In this document: piece by piece, positions 18,479-30,165 of the stretch
Numbering within the stretch: position 1 is the stretch's first letter
How the letters are laid out: each line of letters begins with the position of its first letter
Source: Candidatus Rokuibacteriota bacterium
Lineage (GTDB): Bacteria; Methylomirabilota; Methylomirabilia; Rokubacteriales; CSP1-6
Reading direction: 5' to 3'
Length of the DNA: 64,000 bases
Assembly (NCBI GenBank): GCA_003220435.1
Contig: QHSL01000062.1
Coordinates: 65,919-129,918, forward strand
Translations under genes and position numbers: made by a program
The notes under the pieces: model-generated
What the model saw: the letters and a program-made list of their open reading frames with translations, nothing else
The model's database searches: none
Told to the model about the DNA's origin: nothing

Positions 18479-18886
18479 ATGGCGTATAGCGAGAAGGTCG
18501 TCGACCACTACAACAACCCGCGCAACGTTGGGTCCTTCGCCAAGGACACGCCGGGGTTGGGGACGGGGCTCGTCGGCGCGCCGGAATGCGGCGACGTCAT
18601 GAAGCTCCAGATCAAGGTGAACCTCGACACCGGCGTGATCGAGGACGCCAAGTTCAAGACGTTCGGGTGCGGCAGCGCCATCGCATCGTCGAGCCTGGCC
18701 ACCGAGTGGCTGAAGGGCAAGACGGTCGACGAGGCGTCCAAGATCAAGAACACGGACATCGTGAACGAGCTCAAGCTGCCGCCGGTCAAGATCCACTGCT
18801 CGGTGCTGGCGGAGGACGCGATCAAGGCGGCGCTGGCGGACTACCGCGAGAAGCACGCGGCGGCGGACGCCGAGGCGTCCACGTAG
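18479..18886 (+). CDS. iscU: Fe-S cluster scaffold IscU
   Basis: HYNNPRNVG, GAPECGD, GCGSAIASSS and HCSVLAEDAIKAA: all three Cys ligands plus LPPVK (HscA-binding). Confidence 0.9.
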   Translation: MAYSEKVVDHYNNPRNVGSFAKDTPGLGTGLVGAPECGDVMKLQIKVNLDTGVIEDAKFKTFGCGSAIASSSLATEWLKGKTVDEASKIKNTDIVNELKLPPVKIHCSVLAEDAIKAALADYREKHAAADAEAST

Positions 18887-18907
18887 GGGACGGGAGGAGA
18901 GGGTTCT

Positions 18908-19237
18908 ATGGCCGTTGCTCTGTCGGAGGCTGCGGTGCACCAGGTGAAGGAGCTCAAGCAGGCTCAGAACCTGCCCAACACGGTGTTTCTGAGAATGGGC
19001 GTGAAGGGCGGAGGGTGCTCGGGCATGTCGTACTCGCTGGAGTTCGACAGCGAGATCGGGCCGCACGACAAGGAGTTCGAGATCGACGGGATCAAGGTCG
19101 TCGTGGACAAGAAGAGCTACCTGTACCTGAACGGCACGACCCTCGACTACGTCCGGCAGGGGCTGACGGGCGGCTTCACGTTCGTCAACCCCAACGCGAA
19201 GTCGAGCTGTGGATGCGGCACGTCGTTTTCGGCGTAG
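18908..19237 (+). CDS. iscA: A-type Fe-S carrier IscA
   Basis: HesB/IscA fold with C-terminal SSCGCGTSF motif. Confidence 0.9.
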   Translation: MAVALSEAAVHQVKELKQAQNLPNTVFLRMGVKGGGCSGMSYSLEFDSEIGPHDKEFEIDGIKVVVDKKSYLYLNGTTLDYVRQGLTGGFTFVNPNAKSSCGCGTSFSA

Positions 19238-19260
19238 CCGGGTCCTCCAGCGACAGAGAA

Positions 19261-19291
19261 CGGGCCCGGCGAAGGGCCCGTTCGTATTTTT
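19261..19291 (+). terminator. Intra-operon rho-independent terminator/attenuator hairpin between iscA and hscB
   Basis: cgggccc-ggcgaa-gggcccg (7-bp GC stem, 6-nt loop) followed by ttcgtattttt. Confidence 0.5.
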
Positions 19292-19307
19292 GAGGTCACG
19301 AGGGGAG

Positions 19308-19887
19308 ATGGACCACTTCGAGGTGTTCGGGCTGCCGCGCCGGCTCGCGATCGACGGCGCCGAGCTGCAGCGAAAGTTCTACGAGCTCTCGCGGCGCTAC
19401 CACCCGGACTTTCACCAGGCGGCCCCGCCCGAGCAGCAGGCCCAGGCGCTGGAGGCGTCCGCGCGGCTCAACGCCGCGTACCGGGCGCTCCGGGATCCGA
19501 TCGCGCGGATCGAGTATCTGGTCCGCCTCGAGGAGGGCCGCGAAACAAAGGAAGGCGCCGCCGTGAAGCCAAAGGCGCCGCCCGAGCTGCTCGAGGAGAT
19601 GTTCGAGATCCAGGAGTCGCTGCAGGAAGCCAAGGCATCCAACCGATCGTCGGGGCGGGATCCCGGCGCGCGGGCGACGCTCGCCGGCCAGCGCGATCGA
19701 TTGGTGGCGCGTTACCGGGACGAAGAAGCTCGACTCCGCGGACCGCTCAGCGCGGCGTGGGACGACGGCGTGCCCGCCGAACGGGGACGCGCCATCGCCG
19801 GCTTCAAGGACGCGCTGGCGGTGCGGGCGTATCTCCGCACCGTGATCGACGACATCGACCAGGCGCTCGGAGAGGCTGAGGAGGGAC

Positions 19888-19910
<23 letters not shown>
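19308..19910 (+). CDS. hscB: Co-chaperone HscB (J-domain)
   Basis: MDHFEVFGLPRRLAIDGAELQRKFYELSRRYHPD (J domain with HPD). RBS aggggag. ORF track start 19209 is an upstream extension across the terminator. Confidence 0.8.
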
Positions 19911-21716
<1,806 letters not shown>

Positions 21717-21717
<1 letters not shown>

Positions 21718-22040
21718 TGGCGGTCCACAAGGTGACGTTTCTGCCGCTCGACGTGACGGTGGAGGTCGACGACGAGAACTACCCGCTGGCCGACCACGGC
21801 AAGCCCGGCTCGCTCCTCGATATCGCGCTCGCCAAGGGGATCCACCTCGAGCACAACTGCGGCGGCAGCTGCGCCTGCACGACCTGTCACGTGATCGTGA
21901 AGGAGGGCGAGGAGAACCTGTCCGAGATGCAATCGGACGAGGAGGACCGGCTGGACATGGCGGAGGGGTTGACGATCCACTCGCGGCTCGGCTGCCAGGC
22001 TATCGTCCGGGGCAACGTCGTCGTGGAGATTCCGAAGTGA
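21717..22040 (+). CDS. fdx: [2Fe-2S] ferredoxin Fdx (adrenodoxin-type)
   Basis: CGGSCACTTCHV ... C at LGCQA. ATG overlaps the hscA stop. Confidence 0.9.
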
Positions 22041-22240
22041 TCGGCTGGCGGGACACCGAGGACATCGCGATCGCGCTCAGCGAGAACCATCCGGCGCTCG
22101 ACCCTCTGACGGTGCGCTTCACCGATCTCCATCGCTGGGTGATCGAGCTGCCGGGCTTCGGCGACGACCCGAAGGGATCCAACGAGAAGATTCTCGAGGC
22201 GATCCAGATGGCGTGGCTGGACGAGTATCGGAACCGGTAG
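22037..22240 (+). CDS. iscX: Fe-S assembly protein IscX (YfhJ)
   Basis: 67 aa; MIGWRDTEDIAIALSENHPALDPLTVRFTDLHRWV is typical of IscX. Last gene of the operon. Confidence 0.8.
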   Translation: MIGWRDTEDIAIALSENHPALDPLTVRFTDLHRWVIELPGFGDDPKGSNEKILEAIQMAWLDEYRNR

Positions 22241-22251
22241 GGCCGGTGCGC

Positions 22252-22476
22252 CTACCAGGTCACGACGCGATCGGCAGCGAAGATGAGGTCCAGAAGGTGC
22301 GCGTACGAAAGATCGGCGTCGAGACGGCGAAGGACGACCGCGGCCGGGAGATCCGGCGTCGGGTTCCCGGGCAGGACGACCACCGTGACGTGGTCGCCGG
22401 CCCGCACGTGCTGATCGATCACCGTGCGGGCCAGTGCGGCGTCTCCGCTCTTGAGCAGATGGAGCACCGCGGCCAT
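22252..22476 (-). CDS. DsrH/TusB-like sulfur relay protein
   Basis: 74 aa, third gene of a DsrE/F/H-fold triplet. Weak sequence signal; call rests mainly on order and size. Confidence 0.55.
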   Translation of the reverse strand: MAAVLHLLKSGDAALARTVIDQHVRAGDHVTVVVLPGNPTPDLPAAVVLRRLDADLSYAHLLDLIFAADRVVTW

Positions 22477-22832
22477 CAGAAGACCAGAACGCGGCGGGCG
22501 CTCCGGACGAGACCGGCGGCCTCGTCGCGGCTCACGGGGACGACCGGGTGGGCGTCGGCGTTCCAGGTCGCGTGGGCCGGGATCGCGTCGGCGTCGACGT
22601 GGAACGGGACGCCGAGCGCCTTGAGGTTCGCGCGAAATCTCGCGATGTCGTCGCCGTCGACGAGCTCGTCGGTGTCCTCGTCGAGCAGGTGGGTGCCGGG
22701 CCCCAGCAGCACGAAGGTCACCGCATTCTCGCCGGCCACGATGCCGAGCCCGATGCGCATCGCCTCGTTCGCGCGGTGCGACGCGCGCGGATCGGTCGAG
22801 ATCACCAGAACGACCGGGGAGCTGTCGACCAC
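22476..22832 (-). CDS. DsrF/TusC-like sulfur relay protein
   Basis: 118 aa; MVDSSPVVLVISTDPRASHRANEAMRIGLGIVAGENAVTFVLLGPGTHLL has a DsrE/DsrF-like fold signature. 1-nt overlap junctions with neighbours. Confidence 0.6.
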   Translation of the reverse strand: MVDSSPVVLVISTDPRASHRANEAMRIGLGIVAGENAVTFVLLGPGTHLLDEDTDELVDGDDIARFRANLKALGVPFHVDADAIPAHATWNADAHPVVPVSRDEAAGLVRSARRVLVF

Positions 22833-22836
22833 GGAG

Positions 22837-23160
22837 TCAGTTGAGCGCGACGAAGCGATCGGTGGCGTTGATCAAGTCGGTCAGCACGACGAGACCGCAG
22901 TACGTCACGCTGTCCGCGTCGCGCAGCGGAATCCGGCGCTTCTGGCAGCCGTAGGCGCACACGAACAGCTTTCCGCCGCGCTCCGGCAGCGCGCGGATGC
23001 GCGGGTCGTCGAGCGCGCGGACGCCGTCGTCGATGAGGTAGAGGTAGAGGTCCACGCCGCGGTCCAGCGCCGCCTGCGACAGCCCCACCGCGGTCTCGAG
23101 GTTGGCGTGCTCGGGCCCGGTCGACAGGAGCACACCGAGCTTCTTCTTCGCGAGATCCAT
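22837..23160 (-). CDS. DsrE/TusD-like sulfur relay protein
   Basis: 107 aa; MDLAKKKLGVLLSTGPEHANLETAVGLSQAALDRGVDLYLYLIDDGVRAL...FVCAYGCQ with conserved Cys. The ORF-track N-terminal extension to 23886 is spurious. Confidence 0.65.
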   Translation of the reverse strand: MDLAKKKLGVLLSTGPEHANLETAVGLSQAALDRGVDLYLYLIDDGVRALDDPRIRALPERGGKLFVCAYGCQKRRIPLRDADSVTYCGLVVLTDLINATDRFVALN

Positions 23161-23202
23161 CGCGAAGTGAGCGTAGCATCGTAAAAAATGGAGAGCAAGC
23201 CG

Positions 23203-24360
23203 ATGAACCGACGAGTGTACCTGGATCACAACGCGTCGACACCGGTCCACCCCGAGGTCGTCGCGGAGATGCTCCCATACTTCACCGAGCTGTACGGGAA
23301 TCCCTCGAGCATCCACGCGTTCGGGCGTGAGGCGCGGGAAGGAATGGATCTCGCGCGCGAGCGCGTCGCGCGCTTCCTCAAGGTCTCGCCGCAAGAGATC
23401 GTGTTCACCTCGGGGGGGACCGAGTCCGACAACTTCGGCGTGAAGGGGCTCGCGTGGGCCCGCGGGCGGGGACACCTGATCACCTCGCAGGTCGAGCATC
23501 ACGCGATCCTCCGCACCTGTCGGGCCCTCGAGGCCCAGGGCTTCGATCTGACCTGCGTCTCCGTCGACGAGTTCGGAATGGTGGATCCGGACGAGATCCG
23601 CCGCGCGATCCGCCCCGACACGGTGGCGATCAGCATCATGCACGCGAACAGCGAGGTGGGAACGATCCAGCCGATCGCGGCGATCGGCCGCATCGCGCGG
23701 GAGCACGGCGTCCCGTTCCACGTCGACGCGGTGCAGACATTCGGCAAGCTGCCGCTCGACGTCGATGCCCTCGGGATCGACGCGCTCTCGTTCTCGGCCC
23801 ACAAGATCTACGGCCCGAAGGGCGTCGCCGGGCTGTTCGTTCGCAAGGGCACCAAGATGGTCGCGGTCCAGCACGGCGGCGAACACGAGCGGCGCCGACG
23901 GGCGGGGACCGAGAACCTGCCGGGCATCGTCGGACTGGGTAAGGCGGTCGAGGTCCGGGCCCGCGACATGCAGGCCGAGGCCGAGCGGGTCACCGCGCTC
24001 CGCGACCGGCTGTGGCAGGGCGTGCGCGCGCGCGTGCCCGAGGTGAGGCTATCCGGCCATCCCACGGAGCGCCTTCCCGGGACCGCCAGCCTGCTGTTCC
24101 GTCACGTGGAGTCCGAGTCGATCGTCCTCGGTCTCGACCTCAAGGGAATCGGAGTGTCGGCCGGCTCGGCGTGCACGTCGGGCAACGTCGAACCCTCGCA
24201 CGTCCTGGTCGCGATGGGAGTCCCGCTCGACTGGGCGATGGGTTCGGTGCGGTGCTCGCTTGGTCGCTCGACCACGGCCGAGGACATCGACTACGTCGTC
24301 GAATGCCTCGAGCCGCTCGTGCGGAAGCTGCGGCAGGCGATGCCCGTCGGGGCTGCATGA
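23203..24360 (+). CDS. nifS: Cysteine desulfurase, NifS-type (second copy)
   Basis: MNRRVYLDHNASTPVHPEVV..., PLP Lys (SFSAHKIYGPKG), SAGSACTSG Cys loop. RBS GGAGAG 8 nt upstream. Divergent from the dsrEFH-like genes with only about 40 nt between them. Confidence 0.85.
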   Translation: MNRRVYLDHNASTPVHPEVVAEMLPYFTELYGNPSSIHAFGREAREGMDLARERVARFLKVSPQEIVFTSGGTESDNFGVKGLAWARGRGHLITSQVEHHAILRTCRALEAQGFDLTCVSVDEFGMVDPDEIRRAIRPDTVAISIMHANSEVGTIQPIAAIGRIAREHGVPFHVDAVQTFGKLPLDVDALGIDALSFSAHKIYGPKGVAGLFVRKGTKMVAVQHGGEHERRRRAGTENLPGIVGLGKAVEVRARDMQAEAERVTALRDRLWQGVRARVPEVRLSGHPTERLPGTASLLFRHVESESIVLGLDLKGIGVSAGSACTSGNVEPSHVLVAMGVPLDWAMGSVRCSLGRSTTAEDIDYVVECLEPLVRKLRQAMPVGAA

Positions 24361-24728
24361 GATACAGCTCGACGCTCGTCGACCACTTCCTGAATCCCCG
24401 GAACGCCGGCATCATGCGCGAGCCGGACGGGGTCGGTGAAGACGAGTACGCGGGGTGCGGCGACCTGGCCCGGTTCTTTCTGAGGGTCCGCGACGGGCGC
24501 GCCGTGGAGATTCGCTTCCAGACGTACGGCTGCGGCCCCACGATCGCGGCGGCGAGCGTCGCCAGCGAGCTCTACCGCGGGCGCCTCGTCGGTGACCTGT
24601 GCGCGGTGGAGGGGGCCGAGATCGAGCGAGCGCTCGACGGGCTTCCCCAGGACCGCCGGCACGCCGCCGACGTCGCCGCCGGCGCGCTGCGGGCGGCGGC
24701 GGCCCAGTACCGGGCGCGGCAGGGCTGA
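24357..24728 (+). CDS. NifU/IscU N-terminal-domain-like protein lacking the third conserved Cys
   Basis: LNPRNAG, AGCGD, YGCGPT are present, but the His-Cys pair is replaced by HA (RRHAADVA). ATGA overlap with nifS. Confidence 0.7.
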   Translation: MRYSSTLVDHFLNPRNAGIMREPDGVGEDEYAGCGDLARFFLRVRDGRAVEIRFQTYGCGPTIAAASVASELYRGRLVGDLCAVEGAEIERALDGLPQDRRHAADVAAGALRAAAAQYRARQG

Positions 24729-24731
24729 GGA

Positions 24732-25394
24732 ATGTTCGACGCGGTCCGCCGTGACATCAGGGCGGTGCTCGCGCGGGATCCGGCCGCCCGCTCCTCCCTC
24801 GAGGTCGTGCTGTGCTACCCGGGCGTGCACGCGCTCTTCTTCCATCGGCTCGCCCACGCGATCTGGCAGCGTGGCTGGACCACACCCGCGCGGTTCCTGT
24901 CGCACGTGGGCCGATTCCTCACCGGCATCGAGATCCATCCGGCCGCGAAGCTCGGGCCCGGGCTCTTCATCGACCACGGCATGGGTGTGGTGATCGGCGA
25001 GACCGCGGAAGTTGGGGAGAACGTCACGCTGCTCCAAGGCGTGACCCTCGGTGGGACCAGTCTCCGGCGGGGCAAGCGCCATCCGACCCTCGGCGACAAC
25101 GTCGTCGTCGGGGCCGGCGCGAAGATCATCGGCGCCTTCAAGATCGGCGACGGCAGCCGCATCGGCGCCGGGTCCGTGGTGGTGCGCGAGGTGCCGACGA
25201 ACTCCGTCGTCGTGGGCGTTCCGGGCCGGGTAACATACCGCGATGGGCAACGGGTCGCGGGGGAGATCGACCTGGACCAGACGGATCTCCCGGATCCGCT
25301 GAGCAAAGCGATCGAGCAGCTCGTCGAGCGGATCCGATCGCTCGAGGGCGAGCTCGAGACGCTCAGGAAGAAAGTCGAGGAGGAACGCGCGTGA
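24732..25394 (+). CDS. cysE: Serine O-acetyltransferase
   Basis: Hexapeptide repeats ([44 protein letters not shown]). Classic cysE-nifS-nifU-type neighbourhood. Confidence 0.9.
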   Translation: MFDAVRRDIRAVLARDPAARSSLEVVLCYPGVHALFFHRLAHAIWQRGWTTPARFLSHVGRFLTGIEIHPAAKLGPGLFIDHGMGVVIGETAEVGENVTLLQGVTLGGTSLRRGKRHPTLGDNVVVGAGAKIIGAFKIGDGSRIGAGSVVVREVPTNSVVVGVPGRVTYRDGQRVAGEIDLDQTDLPDPLSKAIEQLVERIRSLEGELETLRKKVEEERA

Positions 25395-25570
25395 ATGCCA
25401 AGGACACACTGAGCCTCAAGGAAGCGTCGACGTACCTCGGAATGGACGAGAGGACGCTCGCGTCGCTCGCCTCCGAGCGGCGCATCCCGTCGGTCCAGCT
25501 CGACGGCGCCTGGATCTTCTCGAAGAAGTCGATCGACAAGTGGCGGAGCCTCCAAGTGCGGCGCCCGTGA
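25391..25570 (+). CDS. Small excisionase-family (MerR-like) helix-turn-helix DNA-binding protein
   Basis: GTG start overlapping the cysE stop (GTGA). [45 protein letters not shown] matches the excisionase/Xis-type HTH pattern. Confidence 0.5.
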   Translation: MNAKDTLSLKEASTYLGMDERTLASLASERRIPSVQLDGAWIFSKKSIDKWRSLQVRRP

Positions 25571-26131
25571 TCCCGCGCGAACACGCCTGGTCGATCCTCA
25601 CCGAGTTCACCAAGAGCGACAGCCTCCGGAAGCACGCCCGCGCGGTCGAGGCCTCGATGCGCGCCTACGCCGGCCGCTACGGCGAAGACCTCGATGCGTG
25701 GGGTGTGGCGGGCATGCTTCACGATTTCGACTACGAGATGCACCCGGCGGCGCCCCGCCACCCCTTGAAGGGCGCCGAGATCCTCCTGTCGCGGGGCGTT
25801 CCAGGGGAGATCGGTGCGCGCGATCCTGGCGCACGCGGACTACAGTGGCGTGCCCCGTGTTTCCCGGCTGGATCGCGCGCTCTACGCCTGCGACGAGCTC
25901 TCTGGATTTGTCCACGCGGTCGCGCTCGTGCGGCCCGGGAGGGTGATCGCCGGCCTCGAGCCGCCGTCGGTCCGGAAGAAGCTCAAGGACAAGGGGTTCG
26001 CGCGCACCGTCAACCGTGACGACGTCTACCGCGGCGCCTCCGAGCTCGGCGTCGACCTCGACGAGCACATCGCGTTCGTCGTCTCGGCGCTGACGGACGT
26101 CGCGCCAGAGATCGGTCTCAGCCGCGGCTGA
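25567..26131 (+). pseudogene. HD-domain (COG2316-type) metal-dependent phosphohydrolase interrupted by a +1 frameshift near 25811-25814
   Basis: Frame 1 encodes [35 protein letters not shown]...GMLHDFDYE...AEILLSRGVPGEI (H...HD motif). Frame 2 continues VRAILAHADYSGVPR... to the stop at 26131. The junction atcgGtgcgc has one extra G relative to the expected ...PGEIVRAILAH. Confidence 0.6.
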
Positions 26132-26135
26132 CGCT

Positions 26136-27311
26136 GTGCCCCGGGCGATCGCCCACGTCGACATGGACGCGTTCTACGCGTCGATCGAGCAGAGGGATCG
26201 TCCCGAGTTGCGTGGACGCCCCGTGATCGTCGGCGCCAGCCCCGGTGGTCGCGGCGTCGTCTCGGCGGCCTCCTACGAGGCGCGTCCCTACGGCGTCCGC
26301 TCGGCGATGCCGATCAGCCGAGCGGCGAGGCTCTGCCCGCACGCCGCGTTCCTGCCGGTGGACATGGTCAAGTACCAGCGGGTGTCGGTCCAGGTCATGG
26401 GGATCCTCGCGGACTTTTCGCCGCTGGTGGAGCCCGTGTCGATCGACGAGGCGTTCGTCGACCTGACCGGAACCGAGCCGCTCTTCGGCGCCCCGGTCGA
26501 CGCGGTTCGGTTGATCAAGCAGCGGATCCGGACGGAGACCGCGCTGACCGCGTCGGCCGGGCTCGCGGCGAACAAATTCGTGGCGAAGGTCGCCTCCGAG
26601 CTCGGGAAGCCCGACGGGCTCGTCGTGGTGGAGGCGGGTGACGAGGCCCGCTTCCTGGGCGTCTTGCCGGTCGAGCACCTGTGGGGCGTCGGGCGGGTGA
26701 TGTCGAAGGAGCTCCGCGAGCTCGGCTTCACGACCATCGCCCAGCTGCAGAAGGCGCCGCGCGCGGTGCTGGCCAAGAAGTTCGGCAAGCACGGGGAGGC
26801 GCTCGCCGACCTCGCCTACGGGCGCGACGAGCGGCCGGTCGAGCCGTTCGGCGTTCCGAAATCGATCGGCGCGGAGGAGACCTTCGGCGTGGACTGCACG
26901 GACCACGAGCGTTTGCGGACGACGCTGCGGGCTCAGGCGGAGCGGGTCGCCGCCGAGCTGAGGGAAGGCGGCTTCTCGGCCGCCCGCGTGACCCTCAAGC
27001 TCCGGCTGGCGCCGTTCGAGACGCACACGCGGAGCGCGACCGGGGAGCGCACCCAGGACGGTCTCGAGCTCTACCGGCGTGCGGCGGCGCTGCTCGAGCG
27101 CGAGCGGCTCACGCGACCGATTCGCCTGATCGGGCTCTCCGCGTCGAGGCTGGGCCCGTCGGGAACCGGGCAGCTCGACCTCCTGGACCCGGCGGCGCTC
27201 CGGCGCGAGCGGCTGGCCCGGGTGGTCGATCGGCTCACCGCGAGATACGGCGAGGGAACCGTGATCCCGGCGGCGCTGTTGGGTGAACGGGGGCGACCGA
27301 CTGCGCTATAA
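26136..27311 (+). CDS. dinB: DNA polymerase IV (Y-family)
   Basis: IAHVDMDAFYASIEQRDRPELRGRPVIVG ... SIDEAFVDLTG are Y-family signatures. Confidence 0.9.
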   Translation: MPRAIAHVDMDAFYASIEQRDRPELRGRPVIVGASPGGRGVVSAASYEARPYGVRSAMPISRAARLCPHAAFLPVDMVKYQRVSVQVMGILADFSPLVEPVSIDEAFVDLTGTEPLFGAPVDAVRLIKQRIRTETALTASAGLAANKFVAKVASELGKPDGLVVVEAGDEARFLGVLPVEHLWGVGRVMSKELRELGFTTIAQLQKAPRAVLAKKFGKHGEALADLAYGRDERPVEPFGVPKSIGAEETFGVDCTDHERLRTTLRAQAERVAAELREGGFSAARVTLKLRLAPFETHTRSATGERTQDGLELYRRAAALLERERLTRPIRLIGLSASRLGPSGTGQLDLLDPAALRRERLARVVDRLTARYGEGTVIPAALLGERGRPTAL

Positions 27312-27389
27312 TGCGCGCCACTGTGCGGGCGCATTCGCGGGTCGGCAGACCCTCGCATTCGTCGTGATCTTACGAGGGAGGACACCTTC

Positions 27390-28589
27390 ATGAAGAGCAG
27401 GCTGGCCGTAGTGCTCGCGGCCGCGTTGCTGCTGGCGGCGGCGCCCGCGATCGCCCAGAAGACGCCCGGCGTGACGGACGCCGAGATCGTCATCGGGCTC
27501 ACGATGCCGCTGTCGGGCCCGGCCGCGGCCTGGAGCAACACCGGTGTGGCGATGGAAGCGTGGGCGAAGTACGTGAACGACCAGGGCGGCATCCACGGCC
27601 GGAAGCTCAAGGTCGTCATGAAGGACGACGGTTACAACCCGGGCCGCGCCGTCGCGAACCTCGAGGAGATGAAGGAACAGGTCTTCATGAGCGTCGGGCT
27701 GCTCGGCTCGGCGATCCTGCAGGCCTCGAAGGACAAGCTCGCGGAGTTCAAGCTGCCGACGATCAACCCGTACGGCAACCCGGCGATCTGGGCGAAGCAG
27801 CCGAAGGACAAGCTGCGCTACGTGTTCGTGGCCTACACGGACTACAACGATGAGGGCGACTTCCTGGTGACCCACGCCGTCGGCAAGCTCGGCGCGCAGA
27901 AGATCGCGCTGTTCTACCAGAACGACGAGTACGGCAAGGGTGGCCTCGAGGGCGTGAACCGCGGCCTCAAGGGGCTCGGCGGCAAGGGCTCGCTCGTGAC
28001 GTCGGTCGCGTACGAGCTGACCGATCGCGAGCTCGGCACCCACGCGCTCAAGCTGAAGGACTCCGGGGCGGACACCGTCATCTTCTACTCGACGATCACG
28101 CACGGCGCCAACGTCATCAAGGAGATGGCCAAGGTCGGCTATCGGCCGAAGATCGTGTCGTCGTTCCCGCTCGGTGACTACCTGATCATGTACCGGCTGC
28201 TGGGTGAGCTGTGGGAAGGTGCCCACTTCACCGCGCTCAACGCCGCCGCGGCGGCCGGCGATCCGGCCGCCAAGCCGATCCTCGAGATCCTGAACAAGTA
28301 CGAGCCCAAGCTCGTCGGCAAGGAGAACACCGCCCTGGCGGGAGCGAGCGCGCTGCTGCTCGCCATCGAGGGGCTCAAAAAGGCCGGGAAGAACCTGACC
28401 CGCGAGTCCTACGTCGAGGCGATGGAGCAGGTCAAGGGGTTCACGGTGATGGGGTTGACGCCGCCGATCACCTTCGGCCCGGGCCGGCGCCACGGGCTCA
28501 ACGCCGTGCGCATGCTGCGGGCGGTGAAGGCCGCCGACAACTCGTACGTCGAGGTCGTGCCGCCGCAGATCTTCCAGCCGCACTTCTAG
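27390..28589 (+). CDS. ABC transporter substrate-binding protein, LivJ/LivK (branched-chain amino acid/amide) family, with signal peptide
   Basis: MKSRLAVVLAAALLLAAAPAIAQ signal; periplasmic-binding-protein type-I fold motifs; RBS gagggagg. Confidence 0.85.
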   Translation: MKSRLAVVLAAALLLAAAPAIAQKTPGVTDAEIVIGLTMPLSGPAAAWSNTGVAMEAWAKYVNDQGGIHGRKLKVVMKDDGYNPGRAVANLEEMKEQVFMSVGLLGSAILQASKDKLAEFKLPTINPYGNPAIWAKQPKDKLRYVFVAYTDYNDEGDFLVTHAVGKLGAQKIALFYQNDEYGKGGLEGVNRGLKGLGGKGSLVTSVAYELTDRELGTHALKLKDSGADTVIFYSTITHGANVIKEMAKVGYRPKIVSSFPLGDYLIMYRLLGELWEGAHFTALNAAAAAGDPAAKPILEILNKYEPKLVGKENTALAGASALLLAIEGLKKAGKNLTRESYVEAMEQVKGFTVMGLTPPITFGPGRRHGLNAVRMLRAVKAADNSYVEVVPPQIFQPHF

Positions 28590-28607
28590 GATCCGGCATC
28601 GGCGCGG

Positions 28608-29385
28608 GTGGGCGACGCCGCTCGCCCGCGCCCTGACCCAATGGGCGACCTGCTCGAAGTCCGGAACGTCTCGCTCAGCTTCGGCGGGATCAACGCGCTC
28701 CAGAATGTTCACGTCGGGATTGCCGAGGGCGAGACGCTAGCCATCATCGGCCCCAACGGGTCGGGCAAGACGTCGCTGTTCAACTGCATCACCGGGATCT
28801 ATCACCCCACCGCCGGGTCGATCGCCTTTCGCGGCGAGTCGCTCCTCGGGCGTTCGCCCGACGCGGTGACGAAGCTCGGCGTGGCCCGAACGTTCCAGAA
28901 CCTGCGCCTCTTCCACAACATGTCCGTGCTCGACAACCTGATGGTCGGGCGCCATCTCCACTTCCAGAAGAACTTCCTGGCGGCCGTCCTGCGCCTGCGG
29001 GGCGAGGAGATCCTTCACCGTCGCCGGTGTGAGGAGATCGTCGAGTTCCTGAACCTGGAGCCCGTCCGCAAGAGCCGCGTCGCCGACTGCTCCTACGGCG
29101 TCCAGAAGCGCGTGGAACTGGGGCGCGCGCTCGCGACCGAGCCGAAGCTGCTCCTGCTCGACGAGCCGGTGTCGGGGCTCACGCAAGAAGAAAAGGAGGA
29201 GTTCGCGTACTGGATCCACGAGATCCGCGGGCGATTCGGGATCACCATCCTGCTGGTCGAACACGACCTGCGCGTCGCCTCGCGGCTGGCGGGCCGTATG
29301 GTGGCGCTCGACCACGGCGTGAAGATCGCCGAGGGAACGCCGGCCGAGGTGCAGCGCCATCCCGAAGTGGTCAGGGCCTACCTCG

Positions 29386-29393
<8 letters not shown>
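28608..29393 (+). CDS. livG: ABC transporter ATP-binding protein LivG-type
   Basis: GPNGSGKTS Walker A, LSGG-like signature, LLLDEP. Start GTG 28608 (ORF track) or ATG 28641; ambiguous. Confidence 0.85.

Positions 29394-30164
<771 letters not shown>

Positions 30165-30165
<1 letters not shown>

Noticed and set aside
22213-23184. 323-aa ORF on the + strand
   Set aside because: Antisense to the dsrEFH/tusBCD-like genes, which show the DsrE-fold signature (KKLGVLLSTGP...). Low-complexity product with no motif.
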